64,000 nt of DNA from Minisyncoccia bacterium (lineage in GTDB: Bacteria; Patescibacteriota; Minisyncoccia; Phycocordibacterales; Phycocordibacteraceae), in the NCBI GenBank assembly GCA_038207395.1, contig JBBQZW010000003.1, positions 18,131 to 82,130 of the forward strand. The letters run 5' to 3'. This document shows, piece after piece, positions 1 through 9,880 of the stretch. Below the pieces are notes generated by a model. The model searched no databases. It was not told the origin of the DNA and was given only the letters and a program-made list of their open reading frames with translations. Numbering within the stretch: position 1 is the stretch's first letter; the number at the start of each line of letters is the position of its first letter. The position numbers were made by a program, and so were the translations under genes.

Positions 1-513
1 AGCATCATCTTTTAAGTAGTAATCACGGTCAGGCATGCCAAGCCCATCCTGACCAAAGTGAAATACATATTTCTCACTATTCTTAGAATCTTGATCTACC
101 CCAGAACCCCAGAACGCACCGACTCCCGTACGATGAAGCTCTGCAAGTAGTAATCCCAGATTTTCTTTTGAAGATAGTGCACTAATTTTAGTAAGTAAAG
201 GAGTGAGCGGAGCACCTGCAAGCGTATTACGACGCTTCATATCCATACCTGAGCGGTAAAAGTCACGTACCAGCTGTTCAGCACTGCCGGGGATCACCAC
301 TTTCATGTCTTCGAGTTCATCAAGAAGGGTATGTACTTTTTTATCAGTGTCGTACCTAAGAATGGTAAACGAACCCCATCGTGACTCATTTTTAGGAATG
401 GGATTCTTATCCATCCATTTCTTATTTACGTAGGCATAAAAATCATCCTGTGGACGAGTAGTCTGATCAAGTTCGCGTACATCAAATCCCCAATTCTTTT
501 TTGTAGGTGCCAT
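1..513 (-). CDS. M13 family metallopeptidase (PepO/neprilysin-like), N-terminal part; the ORF runs off the left edge of the window
   Basis: Own minus-strand translation from ATG at 513: MAPTKKNWGFDVRELDQTTRPQDDFYAYVNKKWMDKNPIPKNESRWGSF... This is the typical N-terminus of an M13 endopeptidase. The ORF is absent from the track because it is truncated by the window edge. Confidence 0.55.
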   Translation of the reverse strand, partial: MAPTKKNWGFDVRELDQTTRPQDDFYAYVNKKWMDKNPIPKNESRWGSFTILRYDTDKKVHTLLDELEDMKVVIPGSAEQLVRDFYRSGMDMKRRNTLAGAPLTPLLTKISALSSKENLGLLLAELHRTGVGAFWGSGVDQDSKNSEKYVFHFGQDGLGMPDRDYYLKDDA

Positions 514-862
514 ATACCTTCAGTATACCGAGACTATCGAATAATCCCCAGGAGGCATTGCCATTTTATGGTTAGGTGGTAGGGTGAGGGTGTTCATTGA
601 AGGAGAATTACCGTGAGTGTAATTTCAGGTCAAAGACTGACGCGAGACATGTTTCCGAGTCCGGGAATTTTGGATCACAAAGTCGGGAGCGGTATGAACC
701 GCACAACCAGACGAGAGAACTTTCGTACGGCAGAAGATTCGGTTCTGTATCTTGCGCTGCTGCGTAGCAGGCGCGAACTTGAAGCCGTTACCACGAGCCC
801 AGGATAATACACTCCTGGGCTCCACTTTTTTACCTACCACTAATCATGGTATCGTCATATCT

Positions 863-2818
863 ATGAAAGTATCTGAAGTACGCTCCCGTTATCTATCCTT
901 TTTCAAAGCACGCGGCCACGTCATAATTCCATCCGCTCCTATTGTTCCTGGTAACGACCCCACGACGCTTTTTACGTCCTCAGGGATGCAGCCGCTCGTG
1001 CCGTATCTGCTTGGGAAAGATCATCCCGAGGGTGCACGCCTTGTTGATTCTCAGATGAGCTTTCGTGCAGGGGACATTGAAGAAGTTGGCGACAACCGAC
1101 ACACCACATTCTTTGAGATGCTCGGGAACTGGTCACTCGGTGATTATTTTAAGAAAGAACAACTCGCCTGGGTAGGTGAATTTATCATGTCAAAGGACGA
1201 AGGTCTGGGACTTTCTCCTGAACATATATATGTAACGGTATTTGCAGGAGATGAAGATACTGGCATGGAAGAAGATACTGAAGCTGTCAGTATCTGGCAA
1301 AATCTATTTGAGGAGAAGGGGGTGAACGCAGAATTTGCCCGAATAGGAAGTGAAGCTGAAGGATATAAAAAGGGAATGAAGCCTGGAGAGCGTATCTTTG
1401 CGTATGACGCAAAGAAGAATTGGTGGAGTCGCGCAGGAGTGCCAGCAAACATGCCTGCAGGTGAACCTGGAGGGCCAGACTCTGAACTCTTCTATGACTT
1501 CAACCCGAACAGTGGATTCCCAGGAGGTCATGCCGAGGCAAACTCCGCAGAAGTCTGGGGTGCAGAGTGTCATCCAAACTGTGATTGTGGACGCTTTGTT
1601 GAGATAGGAAACTCAGTCTTTATGCAGTTCATAAAGAACGAAGACGGCTCATTCTCAAATCTTCCTAAGCAAAATGTGGACTTCGGAGGAGGTCTTGAGC
1701 GCCTTACCTTTGCAACGCTTGGCATCCCTGACGCGTTCTTGATTGACGTCTTTGATGAAGCGCGCGCAGTGCTTGAATCACGCACGGGAGAAAAATACGC
1801 AGAGAATGAAGCTTCAACCCGCGCCATGCGTATCATTCTCGACCATATGCGTGCGGCAAGTTTCATGATTGCTGAAGGGGTAACTCCATCAAACACTGAG
1901 GCTGGATACATTCTTCGCCGCCTTATTCGCCGCGCAATACGTGAGGCTGATCGTCTTTCTATCACTGACTCAGTACTTGCAGATGTTGCTCGCGGGTTCG
2001 GGAATGCCTATGCTGACCACTATCCGCATGTGCATGCGGCCGCAGAAAAGATTCAAGACGAATTAGGTAAAGAAGAAGAGCAGTTTCGAAAAACTCTAAC
2101 TCAAGGTCTTCGAGAACTTGAGAAGTTTGCCGCAAAAGAAAACGGTCTTCAGCCCGAAGATGTATTTACACTTTTCACCACGTACGGTTTTCCTATTGAA
2201 CTCACCCTCGAGATTGGAAATGAACGCGATATAGAAATAGATCTTCCTGCCGTTATGGAGCTGATGAAAAAACATCAGGACACCTCCCGCGCCGGCGGTG
2301 CGCAACGTTTTGCAGGAGGACTCGCCGACCATGCAGAGCAGACGGTGCGGTACCACACCACTCACCACATACTCTTAAAGGCACTCCAGATGGTACTCGG
2401 TCCCGAAGTACACCAGCGGGGAAGTAACATTACGAGCGAGCGTCTTCGTATTGATTTCTCAAGTCCCGCGAAACTAACTGACGAGCAAAAGGCTGAAGTG
2501 GAGAAGATTGTAAATGATTTGCTATATCAGGATATCCCCGTAACTCGTACTGTCATGCCACGAGAAGAAGCGGAAAAGCTTGGCGCTGAAATGGAGTTCG
2601 GGGTGAAATATCCAGATATGGTGACGGTATATTCTGTGGGCCCTGCTCATGCAACTGAAGAAATGCCTGATATTCCTAATGCGTTCTCACTCGAATTCTG
2701 TGGTGGACCGCATGTAACAAACACGAGCGAAATTCATGAGAGTGGAAAGCGTTTCAAGATTCAAAAAGAAGAAGCGGTTGCGTCAGGTGTTCGTCGTATC
2801 AAAGCAGTGCTCATATAA
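863..2818 (+). CDS. alaS: alanine--tRNA ligase (short form)
   Basis: MKVSEVRSRYLSFFKARGHVIIPSAPIVPGNDPTTLFTSSGMQP...WSLGDYFK are AlaRS class II signature motifs. ATG at 863 chosen inside ORF 752..2818. Confidence 0.9.
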   Translation: MKVSEVRSRYLSFFKARGHVIIPSAPIVPGNDPTTLFTSSGMQPLVPYLLGKDHPEGARLVDSQMSFRAGDIEEVGDNRHTTFFEMLGNWSLGDYFKKEQLAWVGEFIMSKDEGLGLSPEHIYVTVFAGDEDTGMEEDTEAVSIWQNLFEEKGVNAEFARIGSEAEGYKKGMKPGERIFAYDAKKNWWSRAGVPANMPAGEPGGPDSELFYDFNPNSGFPGGHAEANSAEVWGAECHPNCDCGRFVEIGNSVFMQFIKNEDGSFSNLPKQNVDFGGGLERLTFATLGIPDAFLIDVFDEARAVLESRTGEKYAENEASTRAMRIILDHMRAASFMIAEGVTPSNTEAGYILRRLIRRAIREADRLSITDSVLADVARGFGNAYADHYPHVHAAAEKIQDELGKEEEQFRKTLTQGLRELEKFAAKENGLQPEDVFTLFTTYGFPIELTLEIGNERDIEIDLPAVMELMKKHQDTSRAGGAQRFAGGLADHAEQTVRYHTTHHILLKALQMVLGPEVHQRGSNITSERLRIDFSSPAKLTDEQKAEVEKIVNDLLYQDIPVTRTVMPREEAEKLGAEMEFGVKYPDMVTVYSVGPAHATEEMPDIPNAFSLEFCGGPHVTNTSEIHESGKRFKIQKEEAVASGVRRIKAVLI

Positions 2819-2866
2819 CGTACTTTCTTACGCCACTTTCGCGAGTATCGTTTATACTCTTTATAC

Positions 2867-4027
2867 ATGTGGCCTTTTAAACGCAACACTAGTTCGTCGA
2901 TGGTGCTTATCACCATCGGTTCATCTGCAGTGTCCGGTGCGTATGTCTCATACGAAACAGGAAAGATACCCACGATGTACTACACATCGCGTCACTCAAT
3001 CGAGCTCCGTTCAAATGAGACCCTACAAAGCGCCATGCTTCGTGCACTCGATGCTGTAGGAACTGACTTAATTGAAATTGGTGCACCGATACTTAGGCGA
3101 GAGACAGGAAGTGGGCATGTTGATGGTGTACTTGTATCTGTGGCAGGACCATGGCAGGAAACCCGTGTCCGTACAGAGACTATTCAACCAGGAAAACCCT
3201 TTATCTTTACGCGTGCGATGCTGAGCGAAGTAGTGTCCGCAGGAGACAAAACTCCTAGTGACCGCGTGAGTTTCGGTGAACAGGTAATCGCAACTATCCT
3301 TAACGGCTATGACATACCACAGGCTATTGGGAAAAAAGCTAACCGCGCTGAAGTGGTTATCCTTTCCTCGACCCTTGATAAAGGGGTGACTGAGCAGGTA
3401 CGTGAGCGCGTGCGAAAGCTGTATCACACCCACACCATTACCTTCACCGCATTTGCTCCCGTAACCTACGCTGTACTTCGTGACTTATACCCTCATGAAC
3501 GAGACTTCCTTGCGCTTGATGTTGCCGCAGAAGACACTGATCTTGCCTTTGTAAAAGGGAATTTACTGGTAGACGTTGGCACGTTACCGTTTGGGCTTTC
3601 CGCGCTTTTAACGGCAACGAGGAGTGCAGAGCGCATGACGGTTGAGGAAGAATCTGGCATTGCGCACAAGATGGGGGATCAGCCTGGATATATTAACCCT
3701 GACCGTAACGCTCGTTTCTCTACACGCGTAGACGCAGCGCGCGATCAATGGCTTACCGGTCTTGCTGAATTACTTAAAAAGTTTGCACAGCTTCATGCGC
3801 TTCCTCGTACCCTTTTTGTACTTACTCCGCCAAATGCGCGTGATTATCTGAAACGTTCGCTAAACAGTACGATTCTTCACACTCTTTGGCTTTCTGATGA
3901 GCCGCTCTCGATAATTATGATTACCTCTGAACAATTCTCTTCAAAGCTTCGTTCAAAAGCTGATCAAGAAATTCCTATCTTTCTTGCAATTCTTTCCTTG
4001 TACCAGCAAAAGATGTTTTCTACCTAA
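2867..4027 (+). CDS. hypothetical protein (possible actin-like/ASKHA ATPase fold)
   Basis: 386-aa ORF. The N-terminal LITIGSSAVSGAYVSYETGK and LDVAAEDTDLAFV segments resemble sugar-kinase/actin-fold phosphate-binding loops. No firm family assignment. Confidence 0.45.
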   Translation: MWPFKRNTSSSMVLITIGSSAVSGAYVSYETGKIPTMYYTSRHSIELRSNETLQSAMLRALDAVGTDLIEIGAPILRRETGSGHVDGVLVSVAGPWQETRVRTETIQPGKPFIFTRAMLSEVVSAGDKTPSDRVSFGEQVIATILNGYDIPQAIGKKANRAEVVILSSTLDKGVTEQVRERVRKLYHTHTITFTAFAPVTYAVLRDLYPHERDFLALDVAAEDTDLAFVKGNLLVDVGTLPFGLSALLTATRSAERMTVEEESGIAHKMGDQPGYINPDRNARFSTRVDAARDQWLTGLAELLKKFAQLHALPRTLFVLTPPNARDYLKRSLNSTILHTLWLSDEPLSIIMITSEQFSSKLRSKADQEIPIFLAILSLYQQKMFST

Positions 4028-5376
4028 TTACCTTTCTCCTTTGCATTTAGGGCGTCTTGCGCTGCACTTTGCCCTGCCACGGTTCCGCTCGTCCAACATA
4101 GTTGAAGACTGTATCCTCCTGAGGGGCGGTCAATGTTGAGAAGATCTCCAATGACATACAGGTTGCTTAGTATCTTCGAACGCATAGTTCGTGTGTCTAT
4201 TTCCGTGAGATCCACACCCCCGCTTGCGATGATTGCTTTTTCAAAACCAAGACGTCCTTTCACGTGTATAGAAATGTTTTTAATACATCCACCAAGCGTA
4301 ATGCGTTGTTCACGTGTTATTGAGTGAGCGGGGGTATCTTCCAATACACGCGCATCCTTAACTACCACTGACACCAGCGCTGAGGGCATGAGGGACGAAA
4401 GAATATTGCGTATCTTGCGGTTAGGTTCAGCAGCAATAGCATCCTGAAGAATGATATTCATATCCTCAACACTATCCTTTGGTCGAAGATCAAGACTTAG
4501 GAGGACGGGGCCATAGGGAAGACGTTCACCTACGTCTTTACTAAGATTAAGGACTGCAGGGCCACTAATGCCTTGATGGGTAAATACCATACCTCCGCTT
4601 TGCTTTAGCACTTTTTTGCCTTCTTCAACGAGTGAAAGGGTAATGTCGGGAAGACTAAGACCTGAGAGCGGAGCCACCCATTCATCTTTTACCGTAAGGG
4701 GCACAAGAGACGGATCAGGTTTTGCAACAGTGTGGCCAAGTGACGTGAGCCAGGTAAAACCGTCTCCCGTTGAGCCAGTATCAGGACGTGAAAGGCCTCC
4801 GGTCGCTAAGATATAGGCGTGCGCGTTGATGCGCTGATCATTTACAAGGGTTACGTGAGTAATCAGACCGTCCTTACTGGCAATATTCTTTACATTCGTT
4901 CCCTTAATTACATGTACCGAACCATCGGCTAGGAAATCTTGAAATACTTCCCATACTGACTCAGCACTGTCTGTTACAGGAAAAACACGTTCACGCGCTT
5001 CAACTTTCGTGGCAAGTCCTCGAGTATTGAAAAAAGAAAGACTGTCGGAAACTCCGTGACGAGAGAAGGGAGAAAAGAGGAACTGATCTGCAGCCTTTCC
5101 TTTGGAATTAAACTTTGACAGAAAGACTCGAGGATTCTTTTCTGCATTTGTGACGTTACACCGCCCACCACCCGTAATGAGAAGTTTCTTTCCAAGGAGA
5201 GTGTTCTTTTCAATAAGTACCACCCGTGCTCCGGAAGCAGCGGCTTGGCCAGCAGCCATCATACCGGCGGCTCCGCCGCCGATTACGGCCACGTCCCAGA
5301 TATCACTCTTTTGCTTTTGTTCACCAGCTTTCATTCTCCCCACACTAGCGCGTATAGGCCATATTGTCTCTTTCAT
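4024..5376 (-). CDS. HI0933-family NAD(P)/FAD-dependent flavoprotein (aminoacetone-oxidase-like)
   Basis: VAVIGGGAAGMMAAG is a Rossmann FAD motif, and LLITGGGRCNVTN is the hallmark of the HI0933 family. Confidence 0.8.
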   Translation of the reverse strand: MKETIWPIRASVGRMKAGEQKQKSDIWDVAVIGGGAAGMMAAGQAAASGARVVLIEKNTLLGKKLLITGGGRCNVTNAEKNPRVFLSKFNSKGKAADQFLFSPFSRHGVSDSLSFFNTRGLATKVEARERVFPVTDSAESVWEVFQDFLADGSVHVIKGTNVKNIASKDGLITHVTLVNDQRINAHAYILATGGLSRPDTGSTGDGFTWLTSLGHTVAKPDPSLVPLTVKDEWVAPLSGLSLPDITLSLVEEGKKVLKQSGGMVFTHQGISGPAVLNLSKDVGERLPYGPVLLSLDLRPKDSVEDMNIILQDAIAAEPNRKIRNILSSLMPSALVSVVVKDARVLEDTPAHSITREQRITLGGCIKNISIHVKGRLGFEKAIIASGGVDLTEIDTRTMRSKILSNLYVIGDLLNIDRPSGGYSLQLCWTSGTVAGQSAAQDALNAKEKGN

Positions 5377-5623
5377 GTTATTTCGTCAGAAGACATACCA
5401 GATGTTGAGTGTTCCAATTACTGTGATATACCTTTACTCGGTGTTCCCAAATCAATAGGAGAAGATACGTGCACGATCCCGCATCAGCCATTCCTGCGTA
5501 CCTCATAATTTTGCTGCTCATTGGTGCGGCAGTATGCAGTCGCTGTTTCCCAAACTGGGACAAGTGACCAGAGAGTGAAAGCGTTCATGGTGCCTATTCA
5601 ATTTGTTGCAAAACTGCACTCGT

Positions 5624-5660
5624 GCACCGTCCTTACAAGTAAGGACGGTGCATTTATTTA
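5624..5660 (+). terminator. hairpin gcaccgtcctta-caag-taaggacggtgc followed by atttattt
   Basis: Perfect 12-bp stem plus a T-rich tail, in the intergenic region upstream of the 5791 ORF. Confidence 0.4.
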
Positions 5661-5790
5661 AGTGACACATGAATAGCGCTCCATAAATCGCTCATTTCTT
5701 TCACATCCCCATGTTTTGAGGACAAGCTTTTTATACGGGTTATACTGTATGAATACTGGCAGGGCGCTTTATTGGTAACTTTTATAAGGC

Positions 5791-7104
5791 ATGGCAAAAA
5801 CAATTACGGACATAATTCCTCCATCACGCCGACGACAGATGGAGCAAAACGGCGAAGCGCCCGGACCCTACACCCCAGAAGGTATTCCTGACTACACACC
5901 ACCTGTCCCTCCTCCATTCCAGCCCCCAACACCTCCACGCCCTCTTATGGATGACGAAGCACCACGCCGCCGCAGTAATTCGGGTTCACGTCAGTTCCCG
6001 TGGGGAATTGCACTTATCGCTCTCATTATCGTCGTTGGTTCGGTAGGAGTACTCTTTGCCTTTGCCTCGGCACAAGTAACCATTACCCCAACAGCAAAGA
6101 CCACGGTGGTGACCGGAGATTTTAGCGCCACGTTTAATTCAGGAGATCTTCCGTATCAGATTGTGTCCGTAGAGAAAACCGTCAGCGCAAACGTACCTGC
6201 AGAAAGTACTGAGACCGTAAACGATCCTGCCCACGGAACCATTACCATCTCAAACACTCAAGAAACGTCTCAGACACTTATTAAAAACACGCGCTTCCAG
6301 ACAGCTGCGGGACTCGTGTTCCGCATTCAAGATTCAGTGACCATCCCAGGAGGTTCAATTAGCTCACCTGGCACAGTCAAAGCAACTGTTTCTGCTGACA
6401 CCGGAGGAGAGCAGTACAATATTGCACCCGCTACGTTTAGCGTTCCAGGACTCAAAGGCTCTGCTTCGTTTGATAAAGTAACAGCAAAATCCACCGAGGC
6501 ATTTACGGGCGGATTCTCGGGAACACGTCCCAGCGTAAGTGAAGGCACACGCACAACCCAAAACCAAAAGAGTCAGGCCGCGCTTACCGAATCCCTCACC
6601 GAAGCCGTAACAGCCGAACTTCCTTCTGGATATATTGTCATTCCTGGAGCAACCACCTTCACCTATGCGCCAGAAACTGACACTGTTGGCAAAAGCAATT
6701 CAGTAAATGTAAACCTAAAAGGAACTGCAGTTGCTGTGGCAGTACCAAGTGCTGCGCTCGCTAAGGCAATCTCATTCCGTACTAATGGAAGCTACACCGG
6801 CCAACCAGTTACTATTAAAAATCCCGGCAGTCTGGCACTTGCACCAAACACGCAGGGAACACCAACCGCAGAGCAAGGTACGTATACCTTTACTCTTAGC
6901 GGAAACGCCACGATCATATACGACATAGACGCGACGAAAATAGCTGGCGCCGTAGCCGGAAAAAATCGCACCGCAGCCTACACAATAATCCAAGGATTCC
7001 CTGAAGTAGACCGTGCAGTTCTTAACGTACGACCGTTCTGGAAGACCTCATTCCCTGACGATCCTGCAAGTATCAAAGTCTCAACGACAAGCTCGAGTGA
7101 GTAA
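5791..7104 (+). CDS. hypothetical membrane-anchored protein (Pro-rich cytoplasmic N-terminus, one TM, large extracytoplasmic domain)
   Basis: PPVPPPFQPPTPPRP followed by the hydrophobic GIALIALIIVVGSVGVLFAF. A rho-independent terminator follows directly. Confidence 0.6.
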   Translation: MAKTITDIIPPSRRRQMEQNGEAPGPYTPEGIPDYTPPVPPPFQPPTPPRPLMDDEAPRRRSNSGSRQFPWGIALIALIIVVGSVGVLFAFASAQVTITPTAKTTVVTGDFSATFNSGDLPYQIVSVEKTVSANVPAESTETVNDPAHGTITISNTQETSQTLIKNTRFQTAAGLVFRIQDSVTIPGGSISSPGTVKATVSADTGGEQYNIAPATFSVPGLKGSASFDKVTAKSTEAFTGGFSGTRPSVSEGTRTTQNQKSQAALTESLTEAVTAELPSGYIVIPGATTFTYAPETDTVGKSNSVNVNLKGTAVAVAVPSAALAKAISFRTNGSYTGQPVTIKNPGSLALAPNTQGTPTAEQGTYTFTLSGNATIIYDIDATKIAGAVAGKNRTAAYTIIQGFPEVDRAVLNVRPFWKTSFPDDPASIKVSTTSSSE

Positions 7105-7126
7105 GTACAACTATCGTTAAGTACAT

Positions 7127-7156
7127 AAAAAGGCGCCTTAGCGGCGCCTTTTTATG
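7127..7156 (+). terminator. rho-independent terminator
   Basis: aaaaaggcgcc-ttag-cggcgcctttttat. Confidence 0.65.
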
Positions 7157-7237
7157 TACCTACCTTTCGCAAGAACAATAAATGTTGGAATTTTTATCCA
7201 ACGCGTGGTAGGTTTTGTCTAGACATTTTCAGTTCTG

Positions 7238-7747
7238 ATGGAGAGTTATATGTCACTGGCATTAACCAATGTAAGTGTTGTACAAATTGAACTTAGGAAG
7301 AGACAACACCGAGATATACCAAGTCGCTGGTTCCAGCGAAAACGAAATGGAGTTCCTATTAATCCTGGGGAGGAATCGCTGGAAATACTTGGTCCTACTA
7401 CGAACACATCGTTAAGTTCACTTACTCAAAATTTGTTAAACGAAGGATTTGTCTATTCCTTCGGCTTTGCGCGTAAATCTGAAGACAGAAATAAAGTTCC
7501 TTATTATAGGCTCGTTTTTTTCTTGGTACGTAGCAATTACCGAAGACTCCCTCACGACAAAGACTCGAATGACGAATTATTCTTCCAGCTCATGACGAAA
7601 GACGAGTCATGGAACGTCAGCGCTAAGGCGCATCCCATGATAGATATTCCGTCAAAATACTGCTTGACCATTACTGCACTACACGAGAAACCACCAAAAA
7701 CCAGGGGATCGCTTGTGGTAGGAGCACCTTTGCAAGTGATCGGCTAG
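7238..7747 (+). CDS. hypothetical protein (weak call; the region could instead be non-coding RNA)
   Basis: 169-aa ORF with no recognisable motifs. It lies between two terminators at 7127-7156 and 7752-7781. Confidence 0.3.
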   Translation: MESYMSLALTNVSVVQIELRKRQHRDIPSRWFQRKRNGVPINPGEESLEILGPTTNTSLSSLTQNLLNEGFVYSFGFARKSEDRNKVPYYRLVFFLVRSNYRRLPHDKDSNDELFFQLMTKDESWNVSAKAHPMIDIPSKYCLTITALHEKPPKTRGSLVVGAPLQVIG

Positions 7748-7751
7748 CATT

Positions 7752-7781
7752 CTGGACACCGTAACTGGTGTCCATTTTTTT
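7752..7781 (+). terminator. rho-independent terminator
   Basis: ggacaccgtaactggtgtcc followed by attttttt. Confidence 0.55.
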
Positions 7782-7883
7782 AATAGACAGTCTTCAGAGA
7801 TGATTGAATTCACTACGTAGAGGGAAATCCTTATCTACCCGTTGACGCGCCACAGCCTATTTGGTACATTAATAAAGCTACAC

Positions 7884-8099
7884 ATGGAGGAAACAAAGAC
7901 AGATGCACCAACCGGTACCGTAGAAGAGGTACTGCCTAATTCTTTGTTCCGTGTACGCATGCCTGACGGCGAGCTCGTATTAAGTTACCTCGCTGGAAAA
8001 ATGCGTTTACATCGCATCCGCGTATTGGTTGGAGACAAGGTAGAACTCGTCTTAGACCCCTACGGAGGACGCGCTCGTGTCGTTCGTCGCTTGTCGTAG
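7884..8099 (+). CDS. infA: translation initiation factor IF-1
   Basis: [50 protein letters not shown] matches the IF-1 S1-like fold sequence. ATG at 7884 within ORF 7842..8099. Confidence 0.85.
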   Translation: MEETKTDAPTGTVEEVLPNSLFRVRMPDGELVLSYLAGKMRLHRIRVLVGDKVELVLDPYGGRARVVRRLS

Positions 8100-8139
8100 C
8101 ATCGCAGCCCTCGATTACTTTGGGCACCAATTTTTACCT

Positions 8140-8256
8140 ATGAAAGTACGCGCATCAATCAAAGTACAGCAGCCCGGTGACATTATTGTTCGCCGCGGTG
8201 GAACGCTATACCGTATTAACAAGCGCAACCCACGTCGCAAGGCCCGCCAAGGCTAA
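8140..8256 (+). CDS. rpmJ: 50S ribosomal protein L36 (cysteine-free variant)
   Basis: Own translation: [38 protein letters not shown] (38 aa). It occupies the canonical infA-rpmJ-rpsM position. Too short to appear in the ORF track. Confidence 0.7.
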   Translation: MKVRASIKVQQPGDIIVRRGGTLYRINKRNPRRKARQG

Positions 8257-8290
8257 TTTCAGTAATATTATTTAACCTAACATCACTCTC

Positions 8291-8671
8291 ATGCGTATCG
8301 CCGGTGTAACCCTTCCAGATAATAAGCAGCTCGCGTATTCGCTGCCGCTTATTTATGGTATTGGCCCAACGCGTGCCCTTGATATCCTCAAGGAAGCAAA
8401 GATTGACCCTGTTCGTAAAGGAAGTGACCTCACTCCTGAAGAAGAGCAGACTGTTCGCTCACTCGCAGAAGCATTCACTATTGAAGGTGAACTTCGTCGT
8501 GAGATTGGCCAAAACATTAAGCGTTTGAAGGATATCCGCTCAACCCGTGGTGTCCGTCATGAGCGCCGTCTACCTGTTCGCGCTCAGCGCACAAAAACTA
8601 ACTCACGTACCGTTCGTGGAAACGTTCGTAAGACCATGGGTTCTGGTCGCCGTACGCTCGAGAAGACATAG
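8291..8671 (+). CDS. rpsM: 30S ribosomal protein S13
   Basis: MRIAGVTLPDNKQLAYSLPLIYGIGPTRA... Confidence 0.95.
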   Translation: MRIAGVTLPDNKQLAYSLPLIYGIGPTRALDILKEAKIDPVRKGSDLTPEEEQTVRSLAEAFTIEGELRREIGQNIKRLKDIRSTRGVRHERRLPVRAQRTKTNSRTVRGNVRKTMGSGRRTLEKT

Positions 8672-8707
8672 AGCATATATTCATTTATTCTCTACATTTA
8701 ATTTCCT

Positions 8708-9142
8708 ATGGGTAAGAAACGAATCATCAAGAAGAGTGGCAAAGGCCTTGATCAAGGACGCAAAGAGCGTGCTCTTTCGAAGATCGCTAAGAAGCGTATT
8801 GAGCGTGGTGTTCTTCATGTTGAAGCAACGTTCAACAACACTAAGGCTGTTTTCACTGATGAGAAGGGAAATGCCATCATGTCTTCTTCTGCTGGTGCTC
8901 TTGGGTTCTCAGGTGCACGCAAGTCAACACCGTACGCAGCAGCTAAGGTTGGCGAACTCCTTGGGGAAAAGGCTGCTATCATTGGCGTAAAAGAAGCTAC
9001 GGTCATCATTCGTGGAGTTGGTGCTGGACGTGAGTCAGCACTTCGCGGATTTGCCGGAAAGGGAATTGTTATCCGCGCTATCAAAGACGCAACGCCTGTT
9101 CCCCACAACGGACCTCGTGCTCCTAAGCCACGTCGCGTATAG
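8708..9142 (+). CDS. rpsK: 30S ribosomal protein S11
   Basis: VLHVEATFNNTKAVFTDEKGNAIMSSSAGALGFSGARKSTPYAAA. Confidence 0.95.
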   Translation: MGKKRIIKKSGKGLDQGRKERALSKIAKKRIERGVLHVEATFNNTKAVFTDEKGNAIMSSSAGALGFSGARKSTPYAAAKVGELLGEKAAIIGVKEATVIIRGVGAGRESALRGFAGKGIVIRAIKDATPVPHNGPRAPKPRRV

Positions 9143-9160
9143 CCTTTAATTTTATTTAGT

Positions 9161-9781
9161 ATGAAAGTAGGACCAAAGTACAAGATCGCAAAACGCCTCG
9201 GCGCTTCAGTATTCGAAAAGACGATGACGCAGAAGTTCGCTATTGCGGCTGAGCGCAATCCTCGTGCCTCAAAGGGACGTGGACGTGGCCCAACAGAATT
9301 CGGCCGTCAGCTTCTTGAAAAGCAGAAAGTACGTTTTACGTACGGTCTTTCAGAAAAGCAGTTTAGCTCATATGTAGCTTCAGCAATGAAGACACACGCT
9401 TCAGCAGACCTAACTCCTGCGGACGTGCTTCATCGTCATCTTGAGCTTCGTCTTGATAACATCGTCTCACGCCTTAATCTTGCTCCTACGCGCCGTGCAG
9501 CTCGTCAGATGGTGTCTCACGGTCACATCACGGTTAACGGACGTAAGACGAGCATTCCTTCTCGCCAGATCCGTATTGGTGACGTTATCGGCATCCGTGG
9601 CGGCAGTAAGGCACTTCCTCTCTTTGAGAACTACGAAGTCCGTTCCGCTGACATGACCCTTCCGTCATGGTTGAAGTGGGACGTAAAGAAAATGGAAGGA
9701 GGCGTTGAAAATATGCCAACCACTGAGTCTGCTTCTCCTGCAGGAGACCTCAGTACCGTGCTTTCGTTCTACTCACGTTAG
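9161..9781 (+). CDS. rpsD: 30S ribosomal protein S4
   Basis: LEKQKVRFTYGLSEKQF...RRAARQMVSHGHITVNGRK (S4 domain). Confidence 0.95.
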   Translation: MKVGPKYKIAKRLGASVFEKTMTQKFAIAAERNPRASKGRGRGPTEFGRQLLEKQKVRFTYGLSEKQFSSYVASAMKTHASADLTPADVLHRHLELRLDNIVSRLNLAPTRRAARQMVSHGHITVNGRKTSIPSRQIRIGDVIGIRGGSKALPLFENYEVRSADMTLPSWLKWDVKKMEGGVENMPTTESASPAGDLSTVLSFYSR

Positions 9782-9880
9782 GACTCATGACCAGCGGTCT
9801 GAGGTGGGAATTCCACTTCTCGGACCGCCCATCATGGCTCTTAGCCATCATTATTTACATCTGCTAATCACGATTGAGTT

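Noticed and set aside
613-840. Two overlapping small ORFs (64 and 71 aa) between the M13 peptidase and alaS
   Set aside because: They sit in a 350-bp intergenic region with a mutually antisense arrangement and no motifs. Likely promoter/leader sequence.
7160-7750. RNase P RNA or tmRNA in the terminator-bracketed 600-bp unit
   Set aside because: No GGAAAGTCCGGGCTCC/P4-like segments or tRNA-like 3' end with CCA were found by eye. Left as an open question only.
8547-9258. ORFs 8547..8990 (+) and 8815..9258 (-) overlapping rpsM/rpsK
   Set aside because: These are alternative-frame or antisense ORFs inside highly conserved ribosomal protein genes.
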